64,000 nt of DNA, from NCBI GenBank assembly GCA_951406725.2, contig OX597832.1, positions 68,820,001 through 68,884,000 on the forward strand. Reading direction: 5' to 3'. Below are positions 1 through 13,019 of this stretch, piece by piece. The notes beneath the pieces are model-generated. The model was not told the origin of the DNA, made no database searches, and worked only from the letters and a program-made list of their open reading frames with translations. Position 1 is the first letter of the stretch, and each line of letters starts with the position of its first letter. Origin of the DNA: Octopus vulgaris (taxonomy: Eukaryota). The translations under genes and the position numbers were made by a program.

Positions 1-2109
1 TATGCTTGGAAATGTCTCCATCAAATTCTTTTAAAATTTACAAAGTACAGTGAAATTTTCAGTTAATATCCATCTATTTAGCTATCTATCTCTCTCTCTC
101 TACACACACACAGACACGGATATATAAGCATACAAACACAAACATATGTGTTTACATGTTTACATAAATCCCTATGTTTATGTGTGTGTGTGTGTGTGTA
201 GGTTTAGCAGAATGAAAGCATAATCAGGCATTCATGAAGAATCAAATCAATTTTATTAATATAGATTTATACTCATACATCATAGTTTTAGAATTTATTT
301 AGTCGAATTCCCCCACCCCACCCCAAACGTGAATATCACCCAATATTTCGCCTGTCCAAGGTGGCAAACTGGCAGAATCATTAGCTTGCTGGTCAAAAGT
401 TTTTGTGGCATTTGGTCAGTCTTTACAGACTGAGTTCAAGTTCAGCCAGGTTCAACATTGCCATTTCATCTTTTTGGTAGGGTCAATAAAGTCAGTAAGG
501 TTTGAGTTCAATGCTATTGACTAATCTCCTTCCTTGAAATTGCTGGCATTGTGCCAAAATTTGAATTCAAGATTTAACCTGTCCACTGTTAAACTCTCTG
601 AATCAGCTGCACTTAACAAGAGACATTGCTTATGGAGAAGTCATATAAGAAGCTATTGATATTGTAGAATATATTTATACTGAGTTTGTAGAATATGTCA
701 AAAGTAATATTCTCAGTTAAACAATATCAAAAGATTATTCATGAAGCTTTCACTGAGAAACAACCCAAATCTCAATAATTTGGCCAATTTAAAAGAGTTT
801 AATTAAAATGAGTTTAATATAGCATTTACTTCTGAAAAGAAAAATAAAGATGATTTTAATAACTTACTAATTCTTTCAAAGAATCTTTGTTTTTAAATCG
901 AATACATTTTATATCAAATATTGTATTTTAAATGGACAAACAATTTTAATTTCAAACTTTGCCTTTTTCCTCTTAGGAGGAGAGTGACACATGTGGACTA
1001 ACAGTCCACAAATGTTACTCGTGTTGTTACTGTTGTCTAGCATTATTGCTAACCTAGATCTATGAGACACAGTCTGACAATTGGGCTAACTTTTTTTTTA
1101 CTTACAAGATTAGTCTATCACAGACCACCTTATCTGATGTGCTCTTTTCAAGATGTTAGTTTGTGATTGATTTTTCTTTCATAGAAAATTTGGCAGCTAT
1201 ATCTCGCAACTTAAACCACCAAGTAGCTCTCTAACATTTATTCAATGTAAGGCGGTGAGCTGGCAGAACCATTAGCATTCCAGGCAAAATATTTAGCACC
1301 ATTTTGTCCATTATTTACATTATTTATCCATCAAATGTAAATAATGTAAATAATATACATAATTCCTCATCTCTTAAATATAGAACTGTACCATTTTGTC
1401 TACCTTTATTGTTCTGAGTTCAAATTCTAACGAGGTCGACTTTGCTTTTCATACTTTCAGGGTTGATAAAGTAAGTACCAGTTGCACACTGGAGTCGATG
1501 CAATCGAATTACCCCTCCCCAAAATTGCTGGCTTTGTGCCAGAATTTGAAACTAATATTTATTCAGTGCAGAAACTCTGTGCAATTTCTCTACCGCTACA
1601 GACTTGGCTTTCTAAACAGTTTCCATTTAATATACTTTTATATTGTGATAAAACCTTGAAGCAAATTAAATGAAAACTAAAATGAAAAACAAACACATTT
1701 ATGTTTTCTGTTGTCAAACTATTTTGAGTTGAAAATATTTCTTTTTAGACCAGGAGGAAGAGGTGGATGTGAAATATCATAAACTTTTTTAGACAATTTA
1801 AAAATCTTTTCCAAAACTTTAAAAAGTTTTTCATTGCAAATTTTCAAACTAATTTTTTTCTGATGTAAATTCATAAGTTTTTGAATTTTATTTTTTAAGA
1901 AGAAACTTTCAAAAAATTTTAAAGAACAAACAAAAATGTTCCAAAGTGATATAAATTTTCAACATACTTTGCTAAAATATCCAATCATTATTTTTGAAGC
2001 CTATAATTTGTAGAGAAACTTTTAACAAACCTCATTAATTGCTTTTTTTTAAATTAAAAAAGAAAACAAAGAACAACAAGCATAAAACAAAGATGATCAA
2101 TCTATCTAT

Positions 2110-2161
<52 letters not shown>

Positions 2162-3261
2162 ATCTATATATCTATCTATTTATACACACACATATCAGTA
2201 GTAATTATTCTCAGATATATTAGAGCATTATAATGGCCACAAGGTTAGGTAAATCATAACTGACCATATTCTCATCAGTTCTTTGTGCCTGTATTTGGGT
2301 ATACAAATCATTTTCTTAAAACAATATATAAAAAACCGAATTATAATTTTTAATCCCCTCAACATAATTATTTCTAGACAAATATTTATAGCTCCCTGCA
2401 TTAATCATTAACATTGCTTTAACCACTGAATTATTCAGGCTGATAGCATCAGTGAGGAGTTATCTTTTGTTAATCAATTCTATACCATCCATTATACAAT
2501 ATCATAGAACAGCTTTGTGGTTACTTTGCCATTAATTTGGCAATATGGTGAAATTTATATTTAGCTAGTGAAAACTTAATAAGGCTGAAACTTCACCAGA
2601 TTAGACTCTAAAGAATTAAAATAGAATTAGGCATTGAGCTATTGTTGTCTTTATTATATTGAACAATGATTTTCAGTTAGCATTTCATTGATTACTTCGC
2701 TAAATACATTATCACTCATCATACTGCATTCCTCGTCAAACCAATACAATTCTGTTTCTTACACATTGCCTGAATAATATAATTATGACACCATTTTATT
2801 CTTTACTTCATGGTCAAGCAACTAATAATAGGAAGTGATGGAAGAATAAAACAATTTATTCAGACAAGACTACAGCAGACACAAGATAAGACTTGTAAGC
2901 CAAACTGTCATGGTTGGTTTAACATCCACTTTGCCATGCTTCAATGGATCAGACAAAATTCATTGAAGCAAATATCCTATAGCTGGATGTGCTTTCATGA
3001 GGGGCACCACTTGCATAACAGCGACATTCGATTATAACTTTTACAAGATGTCGAAACAAAGCCAAAAAAGACAGACACTCGTACATGCATATACACATAG
3101 GCACACATATAGGTGTGTGTGTGTGTGTGTGTGTGTAGCTTCTTTCAGTTTCTGTCAATCAAATCTACCCAACGCTAAGGTAGGCCTAGGACTACTGTAG
3201 CAGACACTTATTCAAGGTGCATGTGGTGTGGTAGGAAAATGAACACTCACATACACACACA

Positions 3262-3322
<61 letters not shown>

Positions 3323-4039
3323 AGGCATCTTACAGATATAATTCTATCTGGTTGAATATTTCTTATGTAATTTTACATTCAACAGGGAATGCTTTTCTTT
3401 CATTTGAGCACACAGTATTCATTGCAAGTAAAAAGTGAAGTATCTTACGTTAGGATCATATGTTTAGAGTTTGAAGCAACATACTGCTGACTACAGCATA
3501 AATTGATATAGCCAGAAGAGATATACACCATACAGGAATGGGAGAAAAAGTTACCGTAAAGAAACAAACCTTATATTCAAAAACATTAATATATCAGCAG
3601 ATAACACAAACAAAATCAGAGATCTTTGCTAAATGCTGTCACTCTGTCAAGTATCACCTAAAACATTGTAAGATCATACCACTCCCTGATTGAATTAAAT
3701 CAATACTGAACTATTCATCAGGAACAATCACACAATCGTATTATTCATTTTTCAGCTCTAGCTCATAAATAATATTCCAGATCAGGCTATACTTCATAAC
3801 TTTACACTTAATCAGTCTATATTCAATTCTATGTAGCGGAATATATCATTGTGTCATTATATACCAGCAACAATAATGCTTGTTCTATCCTATCCTCTAT
3901 GTCCTTGCAGTATCATAATTCTTTAAAAATTTCGGGGTGTTTTTTTTTTTATTGTACAACAAAGAATTGTAATTCATCTGTAGAGATGAACATACATGTA
4001 AACTCTGAGAAGTAACACTGAAAATAGCAACAAAATAAA

Positions 4040-4077
4040 AGTAATATATACCTACGTACACACACAGACACACACAC

Positions 4078-4108
<31 letters not shown>

Positions 4109-4413
4109 TGTATGTACAAACACACATATATGTACATACCTACATACACACACATATATATATACATGCATATACATATTTATATATATGCATATATACA
4201 TATATATATGTACATATATGTATATATATATGTATGTATGTATGTATATATATATATATATACATACATATATGTATATATATATGTATGCATATATATG
4301 TGTTCATGTTGAATGATACATATATATGTACATATGTATCTTTTTCTCTCTATATATATACGTATGTATGTATATGTGCATGTATATATATATATATATA
4401 TACACACACCTGC

Positions 4414-4459
<46 letters not shown>

Positions 4460-4485
4460 ATATATATAAATATATATATACACTC
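4040..4485. repeat. Compound (CA)n/(TA)n/(TACA)n microsatellite (representative of dozens in the window)
   Basis: Directly visible. Similar tracts at 6520-6750, 7420-7630, 24185-24383, 26910-27370, 51555-51820, 58010-58092 and 62070-62228. Confidence 0.97.
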
Positions 4486-4707
4486 TCACTCAAACCATGC
4501 ACACATGTATGCCCTTACAAAACTATATGCACCTGCTGAATAATAGATGAATACAGCTATCACAAGAGCACATCATCATGCCATATCTTCCGATTACCAA
4601 TTACAAAGACCAACCATTTTTACTTGAATACTGAATGAACGGCAATAGCTAAATACTACTCTTTGGAATATTTCCAAAGGAAAGGAAGTAAATAATTATT
4701 CTATTAC

Positions 4708-4824
4708 CGTTTCAATTTGAAGTTTTCTTTCTTCCTGTGTAAGAACTTTAAATGCTTCATCATATAACAGCTTCTGGAGTCGTTTCACTTCAGCTTTTTC
4801 CATATTCTCTTTTACCAATAATTC
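4708..4824 (-). CDS. CCDC39: Internal coding exon of a CCDC39-like coiled-coil axonemal protein (39 codons, ELLVKENMEKAEVKRLQKLLYDEAFKVLTQEERKLQIET)
   Basis: 117 nt, open. Preceded on the minus strand by ttttgtattccaacAG and followed by GTaata. The peptide aligns by eye with the vertebrate CCDC39 segment [39 protein letters not shown] (recalled, not searched). Confidence 0.8.
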
Positions 4825-6521
4825 CTGTTGGAATACAAAAGACATAATATTTTAGAGTTTGCAATTTCTTTTGAGCTTGTAAATGATATTTTTATTGAAT
4901 TTTTATCAAAAATGTTATTTAAATATGTGTGTAATAAGCAATACTTCTCCCTCTCACCTCCATCTGTATGTAGTCATGTTCTGCTCTGTGCCTTTTATGT
5001 GTGGAGATAGACATTAAAGTATTTGTTCACATGAATGAGTACATATATATAAATATACATACAGATATATACATACATACATATGTGTATGTGTATCTTG
5101 GATAATTATGTGTGGCTCATACAATCAAAATATTAGCTCTTAATTTACTGCCTGGCCCTGTACTTGATTCCACTCATCCACTTTCACTTTACATTGTCTC
5201 CCCTATCACCTCCTCTGACTCTTCCTTGACCCCCCCCCACCTATTTCCTTCACTTCTTCCAAACTGATATTCACCATTGACTATACCCCACTCATGTGCT
5301 CCATTCATTTTAATCCCCATCTCTAACCATCCATCTCCAGTCCCATTTCTAATCCCTTTCTCTAACCCTTCATCACACACCGTTCATATTCCCATGAACT
5401 TGCCTAACCACACATCATTTCTCTTGCTCTAATCACACTCTCTTATATCCACCTTGTACTTTGGTGGTCCATCCTCAGCATCTCTCGCTCTCTTTCTTTC
5501 TCTCTCTCTCTCATTCTCACTTCCTCTCTCTTTCTCTCTCTCTCTTTCCACCTGGAGAAGTAATAATGTATCTCTCCTTAGGTCTTGTCATAACTTGAAG
5601 ATGTGTGTCTTTGCTAAGACTGTTGATACCCTATACATTATGCTTAGCATTTCCTCTAGTATAAAGATAAATTAATTTATTCTAAGGATAATCCCCACAA
5701 CAGCAACACAAGAACTACAGATTGCAGTTTTCTGAGCACCACCAGCCAAAACTTTGTGGATGGCAAAGGAAATATTTTGGGGCTTAGTACCAGAAACAGA
5801 TGAGGAAGTACCCTTTCTCTTAACAGTTTCAACTTGAAGTATGACACCGTCATCAAGCAACCTAGAAGAAATAATGGCAAAGGAAAATTTCCAAATGATC
5901 AAGGAAACAATAAGAAGAAATCCCACAAAAAAAACACACATAAAATAGATGAGAAGGAACAATTTTATCCAAATGATAAAGAAGAATTTTAGAAATGAAG
6001 AGAACAAAGATGAAGAAAGATTTGCTGTTCTTTGAAAATCAATCAAAGTGGCAGTTACAGGCAAAATTACACATATTTGGTGTCACAGTCTCTCAATTAG
6101 GGCACAAGCTACTAGATTCAGCTTATAAACAAGCAAAATATGGATTATTAGTAAAAGTAAAGCGAAATTAAGACATTATACCAAACATAAAAATTTTTAA
6201 AAAAAACTGTCAAGTTATTTTTCAGCCATCAATGTCTCAAAGAATCCTTAAAGGAATTCGGTAACACCCAAACACATTTTGAGAAACGATTATATGAATG
6301 AACTTGTGAAGCACCAAACTCCAGCTGGCCTGAAAATTCTTCATGTATTGTATATTTAAGCTATATCATGTTTCAATTACAGTGACAAGCTGGCAGAATT
6401 ATTATCGTGTCAGACAAATAACTTTGCAGTATTTCTTTTGGCTCTTTGCAATCTGAGTTCAAATGCTGCCAAAGTCTATGTTGTGCTTCATCGTTTCATG
6501 ACATCCTGTACCCACATATGC

Positions 6522-6655
<134 letters not shown>

Positions 6656-7551
6656 ATATTTATTTATCTATATATATATATATATATGTATAGATTTAAG
6701 TATGTACATATATGTATGTATGTATATATATATATATATATATATATTATCTATATTAGTATTTGATTGAATGCTATACATCCTCTTCCAAGTAAGTTTT
6801 ATCTTAATAATTCTGATGTGCACTATATATGATCTTTTTACTCTTTCACTTTTCTCTCTTTCACTCTCTTATTCTTTTATCTCATCTTCTCCCACTATTC
6901 TATCCTATTACTCTGCCACTCTCTCTCCCTCACTCCTCCTACACCCTTGCTCACGTGGCTCCCATTTGACCATCGGCTATCTTTCTTTGTTCTTCTAACT
7001 TGTGTTTCTTTCTTTCTCCCCATTGTAGCTGGAACAAGGAAGATGTGTTCTTGTTTGTCTCCTGCCCATGTTTGATTTACACGTTCACCACCACAACCTC
7101 GTTTAGGCTTAGCAGCCCTTCCTGTTTGTTTTTACTGTCATGTTTGCGTTAACAATATTGACCCTTTGCAAAATAGCAAATTTTATTTAATTTGCTTTGT
7201 GGGAGCAACTGTTTTATTGAAAGCATATATTGTTGTTAAATGCTCAAAATACGAGACTAGAAAAAAAAGCCAACAACTGATGAAGGGTCGTTCTTTATGT
7301 TGTTTGTTTTGTTTTCTATTTGTGTGTTTCATTCTTCAAAAAAATAGCTCATATTCCATGTACTTGTACTTTGTATTTTTTTTTGTATCCATTTCATGAC
7401 GTCCTGTGCCCACATATGCATATATATATATATTTACACATATATAGATATGTAAGCATGTACACATATGTATGTATATAGGCATATATATATATATTAT
7501 TTATATTATTATATATATGTATTTATATATATATGTATACATATGTATGTA

Positions 7552-7612
<61 letters not shown>

Positions 7613-7953
7613 ATCTATATGTGCATGTGTACATAGAGAGATAGGTAGAACATATGAAAATATAATGCTGCTAGACAAAATTATAATTATGTAGATAATG
7701 ATAATATATGTGAAAAGAAGACAGAATGGAATATATAGGTAATAATTTTAATACTGATTTTTTAATGAAGTTAACAAAATAATGATAATAATGATAATGG
7801 CTGCAATGATGTAGGCATTGATGTTAGTGGTGTCATAAATTGTGACAATGATGTTGATAAAGACGATGATGTCGGTGGTAGTGATTTTCTGAAGTCTTTT
7901 GAGAGGTTAAGCTTAGTAATTTTAACAAAACAAAAAGACAATATCAAACTTAA

Positions 7954-7984
7954 AATAATAATAATAATAATAATAATAATGATG

Positions 7985-8068
<84 letters not shown>
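7954..8068. repeat. (AAT)n microsatellite (representative)
   Basis: Directly visible. Other trinucleotide tracts at 8560-8775, 39550-39705, 43270-43470 and 49940-50103. Confidence 0.97.
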
Positions 8069-8069
<1 letters not shown>

Positions 8070-8580
8070 GGCAAATGAAAGAGATAAAAAATGAAACATG
8101 AGAAGACAAATCAACAATAACAAAAAAAAAGAAAAAATGGACAAAAGAAAACAAACCTACAAAATAAATAAGACAACAAAAAGAAATTAAAATAAATAAA
8201 TAAATGAATAATTAAACACTGAAGGCAGCAAAAATGAGAATACCAATACTTCATCATTACCATCACCACTACCACCACCACCAACAACAACAACAATAAC
8301 AAGAAAAACCTCAATGATGATGAATATTCATTAGGTGAATCAACATTTATGGTTTCAAACAATATCTTTGGATAGACATTAATATGTTGGCCAACGTTTC
8401 ATTGTATCTATTATTGGTCTTTAAATGATTCTAAATTCATAACCGAAAAACACTTAAAAGACAAGAAAAAAGAAAAAAAAAGGAAAGAGTAAGGCAACAA
8501 CAACAACAACTTCAGTAATGAAAGTAGCAATCATCATTAGTAATAACACTACTCTGGCACTGTTGCTGCTGCTGCTGCTG

Positions 8581-8623
<43 letters not shown>

Positions 8624-8697
8624 AACCACCTGTCATATCATTCCCACCACTAGCAGCACCACTGCCATCACTACCACTAGAACCAACACCACCAAAA

Positions 8698-8730
<33 letters not shown>

Positions 8731-8735
8731 GCTGC

Positions 8736-8776
<41 letters not shown>

Positions 8777-9831
8777 CAATTTACAATGATGAGTTGGCAA
8801 ATAAAAAAATGAAGGGAAACTGATACGGAAATGAATTATTCTAAAAGTTTAAAACCACATCAAATGGTAAACTGCAGAAGAGAGTGAATTAGGGATATGC
8901 TTTTTGGTGATGTTTATATTGTTATTTGCAGTTGTTTCTCTGTAGTTCCAAGGTAATGATGTCTAACATTTATATACCGACAAATATATACATAGATATC
9001 TTTTGAATCAATTAAGAATGATTAAGTTTAGGCATGCAAACGACTATCTTCACCTGTGGACATGTCTGAGAGACTTCATTATGAACGATTTCAAATGTAG
9101 TGTCCCCATATATATATATGTATATATATGATATTGATATCTATATGCATACATATGTATGTATATGCATGTGTATATATATATATATGTAATTATATAT
9201 ATATACATATATATAAACCAGCGACCGCAAATCGCTAAGCCCACTCGCTTTCGACTCCACTACGAATGCACAGCTCATGAACGGCTAAAAGTTAAGATTT
9301 CTTCTTTCAACCTCGCTCCTACTACCCTCTGCACGTATAATCACTATTCCTTCAGTTCCTTCAATTTCTCTCTCATATTTTCCTTCAAATTGACTTCTCT
9401 GATACTTTCAAACCTACTTTCTTGCTATCACGATTTTTCAGTACCCTCTATTCATATTTTCTTTCAGTTTTCAACATACCATTCATGTAATGTTTTTCGT
9501 TTAGCCTCATCTCGTCTCCCTATTTGCTCCCGTTTCATAGCCACTCATCGTCTCCCCTAAAAATTGACTTCTCTGATACTTTCAAACCTACTTTCTTGCT
9601 ATCACGATTAACAGAATCCTCTTGCTAGTTTGGGGTTGTGCCGCCCACCCACCCCTGCACACATGCCGGAAGTTCCTATTCTTTTCATCCCTGGGTTGCT
9701 TCCCTTGAAGACTGCAAATGCTCTTTCACCATCCCTACCCCCTAGTTTCGACCTAGGTAAGGTAATGATCATACAGTGCAAAATATGAATGGGTAGTGTT
9801 ATGCAGGTTGAATTGAAGGCTACTGTATTAC

Positions 9832-12800
9832 TTGCTCATGAATTCTGCCAAATGCGAGCTTTCTTTTCAGGTACATGAAGCTACTGTCCACCGACGCAGG
9901 GTCCCTAGGGCCCATACCTCCCACACCCTCAGGGTTGGCACCCTCAACGTTGGCACACTGAAAGGTAGGTCTGGCGAGATAGTTGAGATGCTTGAACGGA
10001 GACGTGTGGATATATGTTGTATGCAAGAAGTAAGGTGGAGAGGAGGTTCTGCTAGGTTCCTCACAGGCAAGGAACCAAGGTACAAGATTTTCTGGGCAGG
10101 GAACACTGACGGGGTTGGAGGCGTGGGTATACTTATCACTGAGAAATGGGTAGATAAAGTAATTGAGGTAATCAGAGTATGCGACAGAATACTTAAGATT
10201 AGATTAGCGCTTCATCATAGTTTAGCAACCATTATATCAGCCTATGCTCCTCAGTCGGGGCTACCTGATGGACAGAAAGACCGATTCTATGACACTCTAC
10301 TGCAGACTACCTCGTTGACGAACGACAGAGACCTTCTCTTTGTGGCTGGTGACTTCAATGGTCACGTTGGACGACATGCTGGGGGCTTCCACAGCGTACA
10401 TGGAGGCTATGGCTCTGGTTCCCGCAACGAGAAGGGAACCAGGCTGCTGGAGTTCTGCGATGCAAATAATCTTATGATTTGCAACACTAACTTCAGGAAA
10501 CCTACCAGCCACCTAGTCACCTACCGATCGGGCCAACATACCAGCCAAATTGACTACATCCTTGCCAGGCAAAGGGAGAGATGGCTACTTATAAATGCCA
10601 AAACCTTCCCAGGCGAAGAATGCACCCCACAACATAGACTGGTAGTTAGTGACTTTAGGATCAGGAGTAGGAGGACATCCAGAAGACGACCAACATGGAG
10701 AAGAAGGATCTGGAAGCTTAAGGATCCTGTGAATGGACAGAGATTTAGAGACATGTTACTTGAAGCCTTTGACGAAGTAGAAGGGGATAGTGTATCACAT
10801 GGGGTAGAGGACAACTGGACGTTTCTAAGGGACAACCTGCTGAGAGCCACTGACCAGATCTGTGGCTGGTGCAAAGTCCCCTCTCGTCCCAAGGTAACGT
10901 GGTGGTGGAACAGTGTCGTAGACAGGGCTATTAGAGAAAAGAGACAGACTTGGAAGCACTGGAAGAATGGTGGTAGCAGGGAATTGTATCAGACTGCTAA
11001 AAGGGAAGCTAGGAGACAGGTCTATCTAGCCAGAGGGGAAGCAGATAAGAAAAAATTTGCCAATGTTCTGCGCCGTGAGGACCAAAGACTGGAGGTGTTT
11101 CGCGTTGCAAGACAGTGTGTGAGAGAGAATTGTGATGTGGTGGGAGAGAAGTGTGTTCACATGGAAGATGGTTCACTTGTGCTAAACGAGGATGCAAAGA
11201 GAGAGGCTTGGAGATGCCACTATGAAAGGTTGCTGAATAAAGAAAATGAATGGGATAAAGAGAGTCTGCCAAACGTTGACCCAACAGAGGGACCAGCTAT
11301 CAGGGTTGATAGTTCCTTAGTAGCTAAGGCAATTAGAAGCATGAAGACAGGGAAAGCCCCAGGCCCATCAGGTATCACTGCAGAGATGCTCAAAATATCT
11401 GGTAGTGTCGGCTATAGCCTAGTCACCTGTATAGTTAATCAGGTGATACATGAAGGAGTCATACCCAATGACTGGTGTAGCAGCATAATAGTCAACTGCT
11501 ACAAAGGTAAAGGTGATGCCCTAGATACAAATAATTACAGAGGTATCAAGCTGTTGGATCAGGTGATGAAGGTTACAGAGAGGGTCATAAGCCAACTAAT
11601 TAGAGAGAGAGTTAGTTTAGATGAGATGCAGTTTGGTTTCGTGCCAGGGAAAAGTACCACTGATGCTATATTCCTGGTAAGGCAGCTGCAGGAGAAATAC
11701 CTAGCCAAAGATAAGGCCCTGTACCTGGCTTTTGTTGACATGGAGAAAGCCTTCGACAGGGTCCCCCGATCCCTCATATGGTGGTCAATGAGGAAACTAG
11801 GAATAGAAGAATGGTTAGTGAGAGCTGTGCAAGCCATGTACAGGGACGCTGCTAGTAAGGTGAGGGTTGGAAATGAGTACAGTGAAGAATTCCAGGTAGA
11901 GGTAGGAGTCCACCAAGGCTCAGTCCTCAGCCCCCTCCTATTTATCATAGTCCTCCAAGCAATAACGGAGGAATTCAAGACAGGATGCCCCTGGGAGCTC
12001 CTCTATGCTGATGACCTTGCTCTAATTGCTGAGTCATTATCAGAACTGGAGAAGAAGTTTCAGGTGTGGAAGCATGGTTTAGAATCGAAGGGCCTTAGAG
12101 TCAACCTAGCTAAAACCAAAGTCCTAATAAGTAGGAAGGTAGACAAATCACAAACGCCTTCAGGTAGATGGCCCTGCTCGATCTGTAGAAAAGGTGTAGC
12201 TAGAAACTCTATAAGATGCACCAAGTGTAAGCTATGGACACATAAGAGGTGCAGCAATGTCATAGGAAGGCTAACTAGGAAGATGGTTTTTGTATGTGGC
12301 AGATGCTCGGGAGCATTAACCTCTGAAAATCTGCAGAAAACAACTTCCGTCACTTTCCAGGGGGAAAAACTAGAAGTAGTTGATAGCTTCCGTTATCTTG
12401 GTGACCAAGTCAGTAGTGGGGGTGGGTGTGCTGAAAGTGTAACGGCTAGAGTAAGAATAGCCTGGGCAAAGTTTAGGGAGCTCTTACCTCTGTTGGTGAC
12501 TAAAGGCCTCTCGCTCAGAGTAAAAGGCAGACTGTATGATGCATGTGTACGAACAGCCATGCTACATGGCAGTGAAACATGGGCCGTGACTGCTGAGGAC
12601 ATGCGTAAGCTCGCGAGAAATGAAGCTAGTATGCTCTGTTGGATGTGTAATGACAGTGTTCATAGTCGACAGAGTGTAAGTACCTTGAGAGAAAAGTTGG
12701 ACCTCAGAGGAATCAGATGTTGTGTGCAAGAGAGACGATTGCGCTGGTATGGTTATGTGGTGAGAATGGATGAAGATAGGTGTGTGAAAAAGTGCCACAC

Positions 12801-12960
12801 CCTGGCAGTTGAGGGGACCTGTGGAAGAGGTAGACCCAGGAAAACCTGGGTCAAGGTGGTGAAGCACGACCTTCGAACTCTAGGTCTCACCAAGGAAATG
12901 ACCAGAGACCGAGACCTATGGAAGTATGCTGTGCGTGAGAAGACCCGGCAAGACCAGTGA
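9832..12960 (+). CDS. LINE ORF: AP endonuclease + reverse transcriptase with inserted PHD finger (1042 aa, uninterrupted)
   Basis: APE motifs TLNVGTL, MQEVRW, SAYAPQ, GDFNGHVG, SQIDYIL, QHRLVV. RT motifs KAPGPSG, NYRGIKLL, QFGF, DMEKAFDRV, GVHQGSVLSPLLF, YADD, FRYLG. RTE-type C-terminus RRLRWYG..RGRPRKTW. First ATG at 9838. Confidence 0.97.
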   Translation: MLMNSAKCELSFQVHEATVHRRRVPRAHTSHTLRVGTLNVGTLKGRSGEIVEMLERRRVDICCMQEVRWRGGSARFLTGKEPRYKIFWAGNTDGVGGVGILITEKWVDKVIEVIRVCDRILKIRLALHHSLATIISAYAPQSGLPDGQKDRFYDTLLQTTSLTNDRDLLFVAGDFNGHVGRHAGGFHSVHGGYGSGSRNEKGTRLLEFCDANNLMICNTNFRKPTSHLVTYRSGQHTSQIDYILARQRERWLLINAKTFPGEECTPQHRLVVSDFRIRSRRTSRRRPTWRRRIWKLKDPVNGQRFRDMLLEAFDEVEGDSVSHGVEDNWTFLRDNLLRATDQICGWCKVPSRPKVTWWWNSVVDRAIREKRQTWKHWKNGGSRELYQTAKREARRQVYLARGEADKKKFANVLRREDQRLEVFRVARQCVRENCDVVGEKCVHMEDGSLVLNEDAKREAWRCHYERLLNKENEWDKESLPNVDPTEGPAIRVDSSLVAKAIRSMKTGKAPGPSGITAEMLKISGSVGYSLVTCIVNQVIHEGVIPNDWCSSIIVNCYKGKGDALDTNNYRGIKLLDQVMKVTERVISQLIRERVSLDEMQFGFVPGKSTTDAIFLVRQLQEKYLAKDKALYLAFVDMEKAFDRVPRSLIWWSMRKLGIEEWLVRAVQAMYRDAASKVRVGNEYSEEFQVEVGVHQGSVLSPLLFIIVLQAITEEFKTGCPWELLYADDLALIAESLSELEKKFQVWKHGLESKGLRVNLAKTKVLISRKVDKSQTPSGRWPCSICRKGVARNSIRCTKCKLWTHKRCSNVIGRLTRKMVFVCGRCSGALTSENLQKTTSVTFQGEKLEVVDSFRYLGDQVSSGGGCAESVTARVRIAWAKFRELLPLLVTKGLSLRVKGRLYDACVRTAMLHGSETWAVTAEDMRKLARNEASMLCWMCNDSVHSRQSVSTLREKLDLRGIRCCVQERRLRWYGYVVRMDEDRCVKKCHTLAVEGTCGRGRPRKTWVKVVKHDLRTLGLTKEMTRDRDLWKYAVREKTRQDQ

Positions 12961-13019
12961 GAACAATCAAAATCAAATCATATATCAGAAAGCAGGGGTT
13001 AAGTGACCCATCTGTTCAT

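Noticed and set aside
2695-2769. Candidate next CCDC39 exon beginning cag/GCA ATG (Ala-Met)
   Set aside because: In-frame stop after 16 codons and no further resemblance to CCDC39.
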